From assembly GCA_964016885.1 (NCBI GenBank), contig OZ024740.1:341124001-341188000 (forward strand): DNA of 64,000 nucleotides, read 5' to 3'. The position numbers were made by a program, and so were the translations under genes. Positions 37,101 through 52,100 of the stretch are shown one piece after another; positions within the stretch are counted from its first letter, which is position 1; each line of letters starts with the position of its first letter. This DNA is from Eledone cirrhosa (taxonomy: Eukaryota). Below the pieces are notes generated by a model. That model ran no database searches. It was not told where the DNA came from and saw only the letters and a program-made list of their open reading frames with translations.

Positions 37101-40100
37101 GGAGAAATGACTGACTGCGCTGGTATGGATATGTGGTGCATATGGATGGTGATCATTGGGTGACTAAATGCCAAGAAATCTTGTGGAAGGAAGCTGCAGT
37201 GGAAGTAAATTACCCTTTAAGATGGAAAAATACAGGAAAGAGATGCAGACATCTCTGTCCATCTTTTTCCCTCTCCAAGGGTAATTTACCTGACTTGTTC
37301 AACTATTTTATAGTCATTATATAAATTGTATATATAAATGCCCTTGCCATTCTGAGTTCAAATCCCGCCGAGGTTAACTTTGTCTTTCATCCTTATGGGG
37401 TCGATAAAATAAAGTACCAGTTATGCACTGGGTAATTGCTGGCCTTGTGCCAAAAGTAGAAACAATTATATAAATTGTGTCAGCTTTTTGTAACAACAAA
37501 CAAATTACAAATTTTCAAATGTTTATGTAAACTAACTGTTTATATATATATATATATCATCATCATCATCATCATCATCGTTTAACGTCCATATTCCACG
37601 CTTGCATGGGTTTGGACGGGAGTTTTCCCACATGAGGCAAGAGTGGTTGTCTTGCTCGCATAGGACTGTCTGGCGGGTTTTCTACGGCTGGATGCCCTTC
37701 CTAACACCAACCACATTTACAGTGTGGAACTGGGAGATTTTTACCGTGTTACCTAAACGGCCACATTACAGCGTGGACTGTGTATTTTTTGTCGTGACAC
37801 CTACACGACCTCATTTGTTTCGGCCTGGATGTTGTGGTACCAACATAACTTTACATTGAAAGGGGTGGTGTGGATGGGGTGAGGGTAGTGGGACGGGGGT
37901 GTATTTTGTTAGAGGTGCCTACTGACTGTAGTAGGTTTTACTTTGTATTTAGGTAAGGCGGGTCTTCTCTATTACTGTGTAGCGCCAAAGATTTCAGTCC
38001 AGTGACATTGTCTTGGAGAGGTGTAAGTGTGTGAGGTCGGAATTTATCAAGTCGTCCCAGGTTTTTCTGGGTCTGCCTACTCCGTGACTACCGTCTATTT
38101 TTATTGCCCTGCACTTTTTTATACAGCTGTCGTCTTTCATACGCATCACGTGACCATACCAACGTAGTCTTCTCTCGAGTAAACAACATCTGATCCCTCT
38201 TATTTCTAATTTTTCCCTTAGTTCGTTTATGCTTTGCCATCCATGTATATCACTATTACACATCCAGTGGAGCATGCAAGCTTCATTCCTCTCTAGTCTG
38301 TGTATATCCTCTGCACACAATGCCCATGTTTCACTGCCCTGCAACATTGTTGTTCGTATGCAGGCATCATACAGCCTGCCTTTCATTTTTAGGGAGAACC
38401 CTTTAGCGACTAATAGTGGTATAAGCTCTCTGAAATTTTTCCATCCAGTTCTGACTCTAGCTACTGTACTTTCAGAGCAGCTCCCCCACTGCTGATTTTG
38501 TCACCCAGGTAACGGAAGCTGTCCACTATTTCTATAGAACCATCTGTGCAATTGAAAGAGCTAGTATTCTGTTGGCACTTGCTGCTACTTATTGCACCAG
38601 AGCACCGGCCACATATAAAATCTATGTTCTTAGTTAGCTTACCTGTGATCCCACTACATCTTTTATGCACCCATACTTTGCATTTGGGACATAAAATGGA
38701 GTTTCTACCAACTCCTTTCCTACACACTGAGCATGGCCATTTCCCGGAAGGGACCGGCGCCCTATTTTCCTTCCTACAAACTAGAACTTTAGTCTTAGAC
38801 AGGTTAATTTTAAGGCCTTTTGATTCTAGGCCATGCTTCCATGTTTGGAATTTCTTCTCTAGTTCGGCCATTCAGCGTTAGATCATCTATGCACATTAGA
38901 TCATCTGCGTATAGGAGTTCCCATGGGCAGCTGGTCTTGAACTCCACTGTTATAGCCTGAAGGGCAATAATAAATAGTAAGGGGCTAAGAACGGAGCCCT
39001 GATGAACACCAACTTTTACGCTAAACTCTTCACTATATTCGTTAATTCTAACCTTGCTGACTGTTTCTTTATACATGGCTTGTATAGCTTTCACAAGCCA
39101 TTCATCAACACCTAGTTTTCTAAGAGCCCACCAGAACAGGGGACTCTGTCGAAGGCTTTCTCCAAGTCAACAAAAGCTAAGTATAGGGGTTTACTTTTAG
39201 CTAGGTACTTCTCCTGTAGTTGTCATACAATGAAAAGAGCGTATGTGGTACTTTTGCCTGACACAAACCCGAACTGCATTTCATCTAGATCAATTCTCTC
39301 TCTGATTAGTTGCGCTATTACTTTTTCTGTGACCTTCATGACCTGGTCGATTAATTTAATGCCTCTATAGTTACTCCTATCTAGGGCATCTCCTTTACCC
39401 TTGTAGCAGTTAATGATGATGCTGCTATGCCAGTCCTTCGGAACAACCCCATTCTGTATGACTTGGTTTACTATCCGGGTGACCATGGTGTGTCCCACCG
39501 TTCCAGAGGCTTTCAGCATTTCAGCAACTATTTCCAAAGGCCCAGCCGCCTTACCCGTCTTCATATCTTTGATTGCCTTACTTATTATACTACCTTCGAC
39601 TAACACTGCTGGTCCCTCTATTGGGTCGATGTGGGGGAGACTGTCTTTCTCCCATTTATTCTCCTCGTTTAGTATCCTTTCGTAGTGACACTTCCAAGCT
39701 ACCTTCTTATCAGCGTCAGTGATGGGAAGTACACCATCATCATTAAGTACACACTTCTCCCCAACAATATCACGGTTTTCCTTGACACATTGCCTAGCAA
39801 TCCTGAACACCTCACGTTTTTGGTCCTCGCGTTGTAGAACATGCTTGAACTTTCTTTCCTCTGCTTCCCTTCTTGCGAAGTACACTTGTCTCCTAGCTTC
39901 CCTCCTGGCCACTTGATAGTCTTCTCTACTTCTCCCATCCCGCCATACTTTCCAAGCCTGCTTTTTGGCCTTAATTGACTCCTCCACCTTACTGTTCCAC
40001 CACCATGTTACTCTCCTCCTGCCTATAGGCCTGCTCCAGTCACAGACTTCGTCTGCCGGCATCAGCAGGTTTGCTTTCAGGAATTCCCACTGTTCCTCTA

Positions 40101-43100
40101 CCTTGTACGATTCTAATTGCTCTTCCTTACTGTCGAAAGCATCAAGTAATATGCTTTTAAATTTATTTCTGGCTGTGGGGTCCTTTAGCTTCCATATCTT
40201 TCTCCTGAGGATAGTCCTCTGCTGCTGTCGAGTACGTCTCGTCCTGACTATAAGGTCGCTAATTATGAGTCTATGTTGGGAGGTGCATTCTTCATGGGGG
40301 AGGGATTTAGTGTTTACAACAGACACTTTGTCACGTCTTCTGGTGAGGATATAATCTACCTGGCTGGTATGTTCCCTTGCTCTGTAGGTGATCAAGTGAT
40401 TGTCTCGTTTTTTGAAGTTAGTGTTACAGATAGTTGGGTTATTTGCGTCACAGAATTCCAGGATTCTGGAGCCTTCCTCATTTCTAGTACCAAACCCATA
40501 GCCTCCGTGGATTCCATCATAGCCGTCACAATGTTGTCCAACATGGCTATTTAGGTCGCCAGCAATAATTATATAGTCACTGTCGGTTATTTGGGAGGTA
40601 GTGAGCATCAGTGTCTCATGGAATCTGTCTTTTATAGCGCCAGGCAGTCCGGATTGGGACGCGTACGCAGATATTACCGTCACAGTAGTTCTATTTAGAA
40701 CAAGTCTTATTTTAATTATTCTGTCATTCACTCTATTTACATCTATTATCTTATCCACCCATTTTTCTGCTAACATGATTCCTACCCCACCCAGCCCATT
40801 GTCATTTCCCACCCAGAAAAGCTTATAGCATCGTTTTTTTACCCACAATGAATCTAGCAGACCCACCCCTCCACCTGGTCTCTTGGATACAGCAAACATC
40901 AACCTCCTTACGTTCAAGCATTTCTACAACCTCGTTAGAGCGGCCTTTTAAGGTGCCTACGTTCATGGTACCAACTCTGAAGTTTTGGATTGCGTTTGGT
41001 GGGTGGGGCGCAGGGAAGGGTGAGGTGGATGGGGTTGGGGTTATGTTGGCCATCCGCGGCCATGACAAAGAGGAGGGGGCCTTGCCCTTTCGTCCGGCAG
41101 CATGAGGTGAATTTGTCGTTATCTTTGGCATTTGTCTTCGAGTGTCCAGATTCTTCAGACTCTCCAGAAATTCCTTAGTCCATCCATCATATCGAAAAGC
41201 AGCCAGAAGTGATAGCATAGGCCGTTGACTTGTGATTGGTCCAAATAATAAAGGTGGGGGTGGGAGGGGGGGTAGTTAGCGAGGAGCAGGCTTATTTATA
41301 TTTGGTGTGTAGGGATTGAGAGGGAATGGGAGGGAGATTGAAAGAGTGATGTATATGAGAGAGAGAGTGGGGGGTTTTTTGAGGGCCGAGAGAGAGAGAG
41401 AAACCATTTTTATGAATCCTGGAAAAATTTTCGGCCAAAATGGTAGCGAGAAGATTATTTAGAACAAGCGTGGAGAAGATTTTTAGAACAGTGAGACAGA
41501 ATTATAGAAAAACAATTATGAATAGGATTTTGATTCTGGGCGATTATAGATATATGGATAAATGAACCGAAGGGTGGAGAGGCAAGAAGAAAATGTTATT
41601 TATACGTTACATTTCTTAGAAGCTGGGTGACCATTAATAAGAGTTGACAAATTCTGAGTTTTGTTAGCGAGGAGCAGGCTTATTTATATTTGGTGCGTAG
41701 GGAGTGGGAGGGAGATTGAGAGAGTGACGTATATGATAGAGAGAGTGGGGGTTTTTTGAGGGCTGAGAGAGAGAGAAGCCATTTTTATGAATCATGGAAA
41801 AAAATTTTCGGCCAAAATGGTAGCGAGAAGATTATTTAGAACAAGCGTGGAGAAGATTTTTAGAACAGTGAGACAGAATTATAGAAAAACAATTATGAAT
41901 AGGATTTTGATTCTGGGCGATTATAGATATATGGATGAATGAACCGAAGGGTGGAGAGGCAAGAAGAAAATGTTATTTATTCATTACATTTCTTAGAAGC
42001 TGGCTGACCAAATATATATGTGTATATATATATATATATTTTTGAGGAACGATCGACTTTTTTGTCAAATCGGACCGAGGGAACAATGTTTCCGTTGGTC
42101 TTTCCAATTGCTAATACTATCTATCGGTCGCAACTCCAGGTAGAAGGAGCAACGTGAAATAAAGTGTCTTGCTCAAGGACATAACGCATCGCCTGGTCCA
42201 GGAATCGAACTCACAACCTTACGATTGCGAATACAATTCTCTAACCACTCAGCCACACGCCTTCACTATATATATATATAGCGCAGGGACATTGAAATAC
42301 TTTGGTTTGGTGCCCAAGAGCGATAGATCTCTAGATCTTGTTAGGACATCATTCTAGAAGGAAAACATGTAAAACCTGTGACTTGATAGCAGCCAATGAT
42401 GTTGACTTATTCTTTTGGGATACCTGTCACTATTGTTCAGTGAGTGGGATTGCTAGGCCTTTCTTCACTTCAAGCACAGGCATCATCTGATCTAAATATA
42501 TCTTGCACATGTGTTGCTTGAGCATAGCTATCTATAACTGCAATAGGCTATTTTTTCTTTCACTGCAGCATATGCACAAAGGAATGTAAGTTCTTGACAG
42601 GGTTGTCAGGTTGTCAAGAACTTGCATGTTCGTACCATGCATGTGTGAGAAAAGGATCAAGTAGTTCTTGAAATCAAGATGCAGCTATCATATATGTATC
42701 TCTCTCTCTGCTAAGTATTTCCGTGGAAAAGGTAAATGAAAGAAGAGTGCTCTATGTCTAGTACAGAGCTATTTAATTATATAGATATAAGATATATATA
42801 TATATAATTTGGTATTCGCTTTTGATGGCATGGGTTGGACAGGTAGACACAGCCCAAGTCAGATCTTATTCACAGAGACTGACCTCCTAGATAGGTAGGA
42901 GGACCAAATCTTGTTTGTACATTCCATTTATTTGCACTCGTGCACACACAAACATTATTCCCTAACACTTCTATGTTCTCTCACACTCACAGATATATAT
43001 ATATATAAACAATCTAACATAAATTTGAAAATACCTTTTTCTGGAGAAATACTTGGTAAAAAATGTGTTATATATTTATTTGAAAGAAAGGAATAAATAT

Positions 43101-46100
43101 ATATTAAATCAAAAACTCTCTATTTTATACTAGTTGTGTCGTCAGGATGCTGCAAATTTTATGGATGAGAACATTCCAGAAAATCTGTTGCCAGAAGATG
43201 ATGAAATTACAAGAGTCGGTGTTAGTGCAGGAACACGAGAGCCTTCGTTCACATCTATATTTCATCAACCACAGACCTTATTACAAGAGTTTTCTTTAGT
43301 AAACAAAGATATTCCTAGAGTTGTATTTGAAAAGGTAACAGTATTCCACTTACGTTTCCTTTTAAATATGTTTTGTTCAAATATGTTTTATTATTTCATC
43401 CTTTGATTATTAGACTGCTCTAATTCCAATATCATCCATAAATTCCTACTCAATAATGTACCTTTGCGTAATGCCTATGCAACAGATATATACCAAACTA
43501 TCATTCCGTTGTAATACAGTTTATCCTGTTGTTTAACCCTTTAGCATTTACATTACTCTATATTTACTATTATATTTTTACAGTAAAGGCTTTATCTCAC
43601 ATAATATTGATCCTATGAGATTTTGATGTTATTTATTTTGAGAACAATACCTTAACAACAGTATGAACGACCAGTTAAGCTAGTTTGAACAGATAGAGGT
43701 GATAGAATTCTGGCCAGATATGGCCAGTTTAAGTGCTAAAGGGTTAAGTAAGCCTGTCACTGGTGCCAAGTTGTATTGGCCATTGCCTTTCCCTTGGACA
43801 TTGGTAGCAAAGAGACTTGCATGCATGGGCAACTGCTGGTCTTCCACAAACACACCTTGCCCAAACTTGTGCCTTAGAGGGCAACTTTACAGGTGCAAAA
43901 CCATAGTCATTTGTGACAGAAGGGTGGCCTATGATGACAATGTAAGCCATTGTGGCATCACCTTTCATCGAATGACTCTTCATTAAACCAACCTTTTAAT
44001 CAAAATTACTTTTCATAGAATATTTTGGTAGATTTTGTAGAAGAATTTTATATACAGGATAATTTTTTTACTTAAAATAAAAATTGAAATATCATCCCAA
44101 AATATATTTTTTCACAAAACATTAACAGAGATTTAAACATCAACTTTGTACCAGTTTCATAAGTGCTACAGATAGCAGATACTTAATTATTTAATGATTA
44201 ACAGCATGGTGTTTTTTAGTTATTTGTTCAATCATTTTCATGTCTTCTTGTGACTATTAACAAAACACCTCGGATTTTTAACTCTTTAGAATTTACATTA
44301 TTCTGTATTTACTATTGTATTTTCACGGTAAATACTATATTTCACATAATATCGAATCTACAAGATTTTGATATTATTTATTTTGAGAACAATACCTTAA
44401 TGTCAGTATGAGCAGCCAGTTACGACCAGTTTGAAAAGAAAGAAGTGAGAGAATTCTGGCTGGATATGGTCGGTTTCAATGCCAAAGGGTTAATTATTAT
44501 CATTGTTTTTGATGTCCATTTGTTTCCTGTTCTCAGATGGATGCTGATAGCCGAACATGTACAGTAAGTGCTGTCAGTAAAAGTCACTGTGCCTCTCTTG
44601 TTGTTACATTTCCTGTAAATTACCCAAACAATGCTGCACCAACATTTCAGTTCACTCAGAGAACAACACTACAGACATCACAGAAAAATGTTGTATTACA
44701 GGTGAGATAATCAATATTTACATTAACATTGGCTTCATTATCATAAATGTATTTGTATCCACTATTCTATGCTAGTATGGGTTGTGTGAAACTTTCTATG
44801 GCTGGAAGCTCTTCCTGATATCACTCCATGCTATATTTATAAGTGTTGTGTATGTTACTGATTTTCATTGAATGACTCTTCTGTGGAACATATTGTATTT
44901 TGTTTTAAACAGTATCGATACGAAGATACATACAGTAAACTGACACACATACATTGAATATATTTATGCAGAGTTGCTGTTATTATTTTCCACGGTCTGA
45001 GTTCAAAACCCGCCAAGGTTAACTTTGCCTTTCATCCTTACGGGGTTGATAAAATAAAGTACCAGTAATGTATTGGATAATTGCTGGCCTTGTGCCTAAA
45101 GTAGAAACAATTATTTTCCAAGAAATTTTCCACCAACTGAGTTATTTCTTTCCTGTGCAACATAAGGTACAACTACTAGTTGTATAATAAATGTTTATAC
45201 TAGTACACATCATATTTCAGAATAGTTAAGGTAAATTAAATGTAGATGTGAGTATAACTTCAGTTTTCCTTTTGTTTCTTTTTAATTAAAAGCATTCATT
45301 GCAAAAAGAATGAATAGCTGACCTCTGTCTTTAAAATAGAAACAATATGTCCCTAACTATTTTTCACGGATCATATGATTATTAACAATAATAATGTGTG
45401 TTATAAGACAAAAAAATGTATATTTTCAAAGATGATGTCCTTCCTTTTTGTAATATTTCAACATGTTGGATGTATTGTTGACATGTTTCAATCAGTAAAA
45501 TCTGCAATCTGGGATATTTTAGTGTTATTTTAGTGAAATAAAAATTTGTATTTTACTAAACCATTTAATAATGTATATATTTTACACACTATATAGTGTA
45601 GAGGTCTGTATGCTATATTTGACAAACACCTTATAATACGGTTCTATATGCATCTGTTGTAGAAACAGTATATGATGATAATATACAACTACTGCTTACA
45701 GAATATAAAGTTGTGCCTCAAACATATAATGAACTATTCTTCTTGAATTTTTCTTCTCTTTACAAAACATATACTGTTTCTCTGTATTTTGATTTTAGGC
45801 TCTTGAAGACACATCACAGCAACATGTCAAAAGAAATCGGTCTTGCCTGGAACCTTGCCTTAGGCAGCTGACCGCTAACTTGGACAAGTTAACAGTAAGT
45901 TAGAATTTACAGAAATAATTCTATTTCATTCAAACTATTTATCAGGATTGATCAAAATTTGTTGGAAACTTTTATTTTAGTAAAGTATGAATCTGTCAGC
46001 AATCTGATGTGTTCTTGGACTATTTTTGTATTGTCACATTTCTCTTTTGTCATTGAACAAGAGTTTAACCAGCATTGGTAAGGAAAATATATTGTCAATT

Positions 46101-49100
46101 TGAAAAGCTAAATCTTAACCTGGAAACAGATGCAGTGCAGAAAATGTTTACTTGGATCAGCAAGAGTTATATGGAAAGTCCTCAATACAAAGAATGGCCA
46201 GATATGAACAGCATAGAAAGACTTTACTAAGAGCAGCAGCAAGAATGTTTCTCATCCTAACACCATGGGGTTGTTATCTAATAGCAAACATAATTAAACT
46301 GGTTACCTCATCATCATCTTGTAACAGCAAAAAAATAATAATAAGAGAAATAACAATAACAGTGTATACATATATTAAATAGCTAATATGTCCCTACCAT
46401 GAACAATTATTTAATAGCTTAAGAAAGGACTCCACGATAAGCATGAAATCTTTCATGGGGCCTGTAAGGCTAACTCCTACTTTAACAGAAAAATGGCCTT
46501 CAAACGCTTGCTGCTGCATGATACAGCTGTTTCAGTTTCAACATATGATCATTCATATGATCTTTGACTAAATCAAAAAAATAATTAAGATTACTACTAC
46601 TGTTGTAAACATCCCTTGACTCATCAGACAAATACAAGAAAAGAATTAAGATTACTACTACTGTTTTAATATGAATCAACTGTTATAAACATCCCTTGAC
46701 TCATGTTCCACATCAATTTTGTCCCATCATGAAATTACAACCCAGTGTTTTTTATTGTAGGACGTTGAACACCAAACACCTGACAATGAGGACCAGTTCA
46801 ATCTTCCAACAAAGTCAGGAGCCCCAATTGTTCCAAATTTCTACTACATTGGGCATCAAGACAGTTCTGTTCCTTTTCCACGTACATCGGGAGCTCGTTT
46901 TTGTTCGGCAGGTTTGTAATGTTTTTCCTGTTGTTATTATAAATTATCCCATTGTGGATTGTTAGGGTGTTGGGTAAAATGCTTTGTAGTATTTGTTCCA
47001 ATTCTTTACGCTTAGAGTTCACATTCTACTAAAGTCAACTTTGCCTTTCAAGATTGATAAAATAAAGTAGCAGTCAAACACTGAATCAATGTAATTGACT
47101 TATCTCTCCCAACAAAATTGCAGGCCCTTTGCTTGACTTTCATTATGTATGTGGATTGGCAGTATAAGTAGACGGTCGGACACCATGCTTTGCAGCAAAG
47201 AGTTACGGCCCTTTATGGTCTGAGTTCAAATCCCGCCGAGGTTAACTTTGCCTTTCATGCTTACGGGATCGATAAAATAAAGTACCAGTAATGCACTGGG
47301 TAATTGCTGGCCTTGTGCCAAAAGTAGAAACAATTATGCATTATCCTATGATGGATTGGCAGAATCGGTAGAACGCCGGACAACATGCTTAACAGTATAA
47401 AGTTATGACCCTTTACATTCTGAGTTCAAATCCTATGGAGTTTAGCCGTCCCTTTCATCCTTACGGGGTTGATAAAATAAAGTACCAGTAATGCACTGGG
47501 GTTGATTTGATCGACTTTCCCTTTCCCTCCAAAGTGTTGGCCTTGTGCCTAAATCAGAAACCATTATATATTATCCTACTAGAGGGCGGTGGATTGGCAG
47601 TATCAGTAGAGGGTCGGACGCCATGCTTTGACGCATAGTTACGTCCCTTTACGATCTGAGTTCAAATCCCGCCGAGGTTGACTTTGCCTTTCATCCTTAC
47701 AGGGTCGATAAAATAAAGAACCAGTAATGCACTGGGTAATTGCTGGCCTTGTGCCTAAAGTAGAAACAATTATATATTATCCTACTGATGTCAACTTTAC
47801 CTTTCATCTGGCGTAAATAAAATGGACTACCAGTTGATTTGACTACATTCATCATCATTTAACGTCCATCTTCCATGCTAGCATGGGTAAGACGGGGTTG
47901 TCCCACTTGATGCGAGATTGATCAAGTGACTGTGTCTCGCTCGTATAGAACTGTATCTGGCAGGTTTTCTATGGCTGGATGCCCTTCCCAATACCAACCA
48001 CATTTACAGTGTGGGCTGGGAACCTTTTTACCGTGTCTCCTACATAATCACTTTACAGCAATGACTGGGTGCTTTTTGTTGTGACACCTACATGATCACT
48101 TTACCGTGTGGACTGGATGTTCTGTGGTACTAACATATCTTTACAGAGAAGGGGTGGTGTGGGTGGAAGTGGGAGGATGGGGTAGTGGTGTGGGGTGTAT
48201 ATTTGGTTAAGAGGTGCCTACTGACTGTGGGTTTAACTTTGTACGTAAGGGTAGGCGGGTCTTCTGTATTAATGGGTAGCGCCAAAGATCTTGATCCAGT
48301 GACATTGTCTAAGAGAGGTGTAAGTGTGCAAGGTCAGTTTTTATAATGTTGTCCCAGGTTTTTCTAGGTCTACCTACTACATAGCTTCCATCACTTTTGA
48401 TCGCTCTGCACTTTGTTATACAGCTGTCGTCTTTCATGCACATCACATGACAATACCAACGTAATCTCCTCTCAAGTAAACTGCATCTGATCACTCTTAT
48501 TCCTAATTTCTCACTTAGTTTGTTTGTTTTGCTGCTCATGTATATTACTATTACACATCCAACGGAGCATGCATACTTCGTTCCTTTCTAATCTGCGCAG
48601 GTCCTCTGCACACAATGCCCAGGTCTCATTGCCATGTAACATTGCTGTTTGTATACAAGTGTCATACAATCTGCCTTTCATTTTTAGAGAGATAGCTTGC
48701 CTGTGATCCCACTACATCTTTTATGTACCCATAGTTTGTATTTGGGGCACAGAATAGAATTTCTATCTACTCCTTTCCTACACACTGAGTATGGCCATTT
48801 CCCCGAGGGCACCTGTACCCTATTTTCCTTTCTACATACTAGAATTTTAGTCTTAGACGGGTTAACTTTAAGGCCTTTTGATTCTAGGCCATGCTTCCAA
48901 GTTTGAAATTTCTTCTCTAGTTCAGCCATAGATTCAGCTATGAGAGTTAGATCGTCTGCATATAGACGTTTCCATTGGCAGCCGGCCTTAAACTCTTTTG
49001 TTATAGCCTGTAAACAATAATAAACAGTAGGGGGCTAAGGACAGAGCCTTGATGAACACCTACATTTACGCTAAACTCTTCACTATATTTATTGTTAATT

Positions 49101-52100
49101 CTAACCTTGTTGACTGTTCCTCTATACATGGCTTGTATAGCTCCGACAAGCCATTCATCTACTCCTAGTTTCTAAGAGCCCACCAGATAATGGAGCAGGG
49201 TACTCTGTCAAAGGCTTTCTCCAAGTCAACAAAAGCTAAGTAGAGGGGTTTACTTTTAGCTAGGTACTTCTCCTGTGGTTGCTGTACAAGGAAGAGAGAA
49301 TCCGTGGTACTTTTACCTGGCACAAACCCAAACTGCATCTCATCTAGATCAATTCATCTCTAATCAGTTGTGCTATAACTCTTTCTGTGACCTTCATGAG
49401 CTGGTCAACTAACTTAATGCCTCTATAGTTTTCTCTATCTAGAACGTCTCCTTTGCCCTTGTAACAATTAATGGTGATGCTGCTACGCCACTCATTTGGT
49501 ATGACTCCGTTCTGTATTACTTGATTTACTATCCGGGTGACCATAGTATGTCCCACCATTCCAGATGCTTTCAACATCTCAGCAACTATCTCCGAAGGCC
49601 CAGCTGCCTTGCCTGTCTTCATATCTTTGATTGCCTTACTTATTATACTACCATTAACTTGCACTGCTGGTCCCTCTGTTGGATCAATTTGGGGCAGACT
49701 ATCTTTATCCCATTCATTCTCTTCATTTAGTAGTCTCTCGTAGTGACACTTCCAAGCTACCTTCTTATCAGTATCAATGAAGGCAAGTACACCATCATCA
49801 TTATGGACACACTTCTCCCTGATAATATCACAGTTTTCCTTGACGCATTGTCTTGCAATCCTGAACACCTCGATTTTGGTCCTTGCGTTGTAGAACATGC
49901 TTGAACTTTCTATCCTCTGCTTCCCTTTTTGCAAAGTATACTTGTCTCCTAGCTTCTCTCCTAGCCACCTGATAGTGTTCTCTACTTCCCACATCCTGCC
50001 ATTCTTTCCAAGCCTGCTTTTTGGCTTTGATTGTCTCCTCCACCTTACTGTTCCACCACCAAGTTACTCTCCTCCTGCCTAAAGGTCTGCTCCAGCCACA
50101 GATTTCATCTGTCACCTTCAGCAGGTTAACTTTCAGGAATTCTCATCGTTCCTCTATATTGTACGTCTCTAATTTCCTTACTGTCAAAAGCATCAAGTAA
50201 TATGCTTTTAAATTTGTTACTGGCTGTGGGGTCCTTCAATGTCCATATTCTTCTCCTCAAGATAGTCCTCTGTCGCTGAGTACGTCTAGTCCTGACTATG
50301 AGGTCACTAATTATTAGGCTATGTTGGGAAATGTATTCTTCACAAGGGAAGGACTTAGTGTTTACAAAAGACACTCTGTCTCGTATTCTAATAAGGATAA
50401 AATCTATCTAGCTGGTGTGCTCCCCTGATCTATAGGTGATCAAGTGATTGTCTCATTTTTTGAAGTTTGTGTTACAGATAGCTAGGTTATTAGCATCACA
50501 GAATTCCAGGATCCTGAAGCCTTCCTCATTTCAAGTACCAAACCCATAGCCTCCATGGATTCCGTCATAGCCATCACAATGTTGTCCAACATGACCATTA
50601 AGGTCGCCAGCAATAATTATGTAGTCACTGTCGGTTATTTGGGAGGTAGTGAGCATTAGTGACTCAACAAACCTATCTCTTATAACGTCAGGTAGGCCAG
50701 ATTGGGGTACATAAGCAGATATTATTGACACAGTCATTCTATTTAGAACTAGTCTTATTTTAATTATTCTGTCATCCACTCTATTTACGGCAATTACCTT
50801 ATCTACCCATTTTTCTGCTAACATAATTCCTACTCCACCCAGCCCGTTGTCATTTCCCATCCAGAAAAGTTTATAACATGGTTTTTTTTACCCACGATGA
50901 ATCTAGCTGACCCACCCCTCCACCTAGTCTCTTGAACACAACAAACATCAACTTCCTTACGTTCAAACATCTCTACAACCTCATTTGAGCGATCTTTCAA
51001 TGTGGCTACATTCATGGTACCAACTCTGAAGTTTTGGATTTCGCTGGGTGGGAGGAAGGGATGGGATGGGGGCATAGGGAGGACGGAATTATGTTGGTCT
51101 TGGTCTTCCATGTCTGAAATAAAGAGGAGTGCTTGCATGCTCATCCAGCAGCAGGAGGTGAATTTATCTTTATCTTTGTCATTGTGACTGCTCAGACTCT
51201 CTAACTCTGTAGTCCATTTAGCATACCGAACCACAACCAGGTCTAAATTTAAGGAGTAGTAGCCAAAGCAGTGGCTTTGCGATAGAGATTTGTTTACTAT
51301 AAACCACTGAGTTTTTATTGGACCAAATAACAATATTGGTGGATGGGAAATGGGTAACTTTACAAGATGTAAGCATATTTTCAAACGTGTGAGAGATAAT
51401 AAATAAATGATAACAAAAAAATAACAAAATTCCGAGAGAGAAAAGATTGTTCGATTCTATAACAGTCTATAAGGTATAACAATATCTACAGTACGTAATT
51501 CTGAGAGAGAAAATATTGCTAGATTGTAGAACAGTCTATAAGGTATAACAATATCTACTGTACGTAATTCCGAGAGAGAAAATATCGCTAGATTCTAGAA
51601 CAGTCTATAAGGTATAACAATATCTATGATATGTAACACAAACTTTAAAAAACCCGACAACCACCTGATCACCTATAGATCAGGGGAGCACTCCAGTCAG
51701 ATAGATTTTATGCTCATCAGAGGACGTGACAGATGGACAGTCGTAAACACAAAAGCCTTCCCTAGTGAGGAATGTACATCCCAACATAGCTTAGTTGTCA
51801 GCGACCTCACGGTCAGAACTAGACGAACCTGGAAACAGAGGCCAATCTGGAAGCTGAAAGTCCCCTCAACCAGTAACAGATTTAAAGATATTTTACTCAA
51901 TGCCTACGACAGTAAAGAAGAACAGATAGAGACATTCAACGTAGAAGAGAACTGGGAATTCCTAAAAAATAATTTACTAGAGGCGATGGATGAGGTCTGT
52001 GGCTGGAGTAAGACCTCAAGCAGGAGGAAAGTGACTTGGTGGTGGAACAATAAGGTAGATGAAGCAGTTAAGGCCAGGAGACAGGCTTGGAAAGAATGGA

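Noticed and set aside
37558-42010. Active autonomous LINE
   Set aside because: Multiple frameshifts and stops (about 40835, 39223, 39140, 38880, 38480).
42170-42265. tRNA genes at A/B-box motifs
   Set aside because: They continue into SINE cores, are multicopy and lack a proper cloverleaf.
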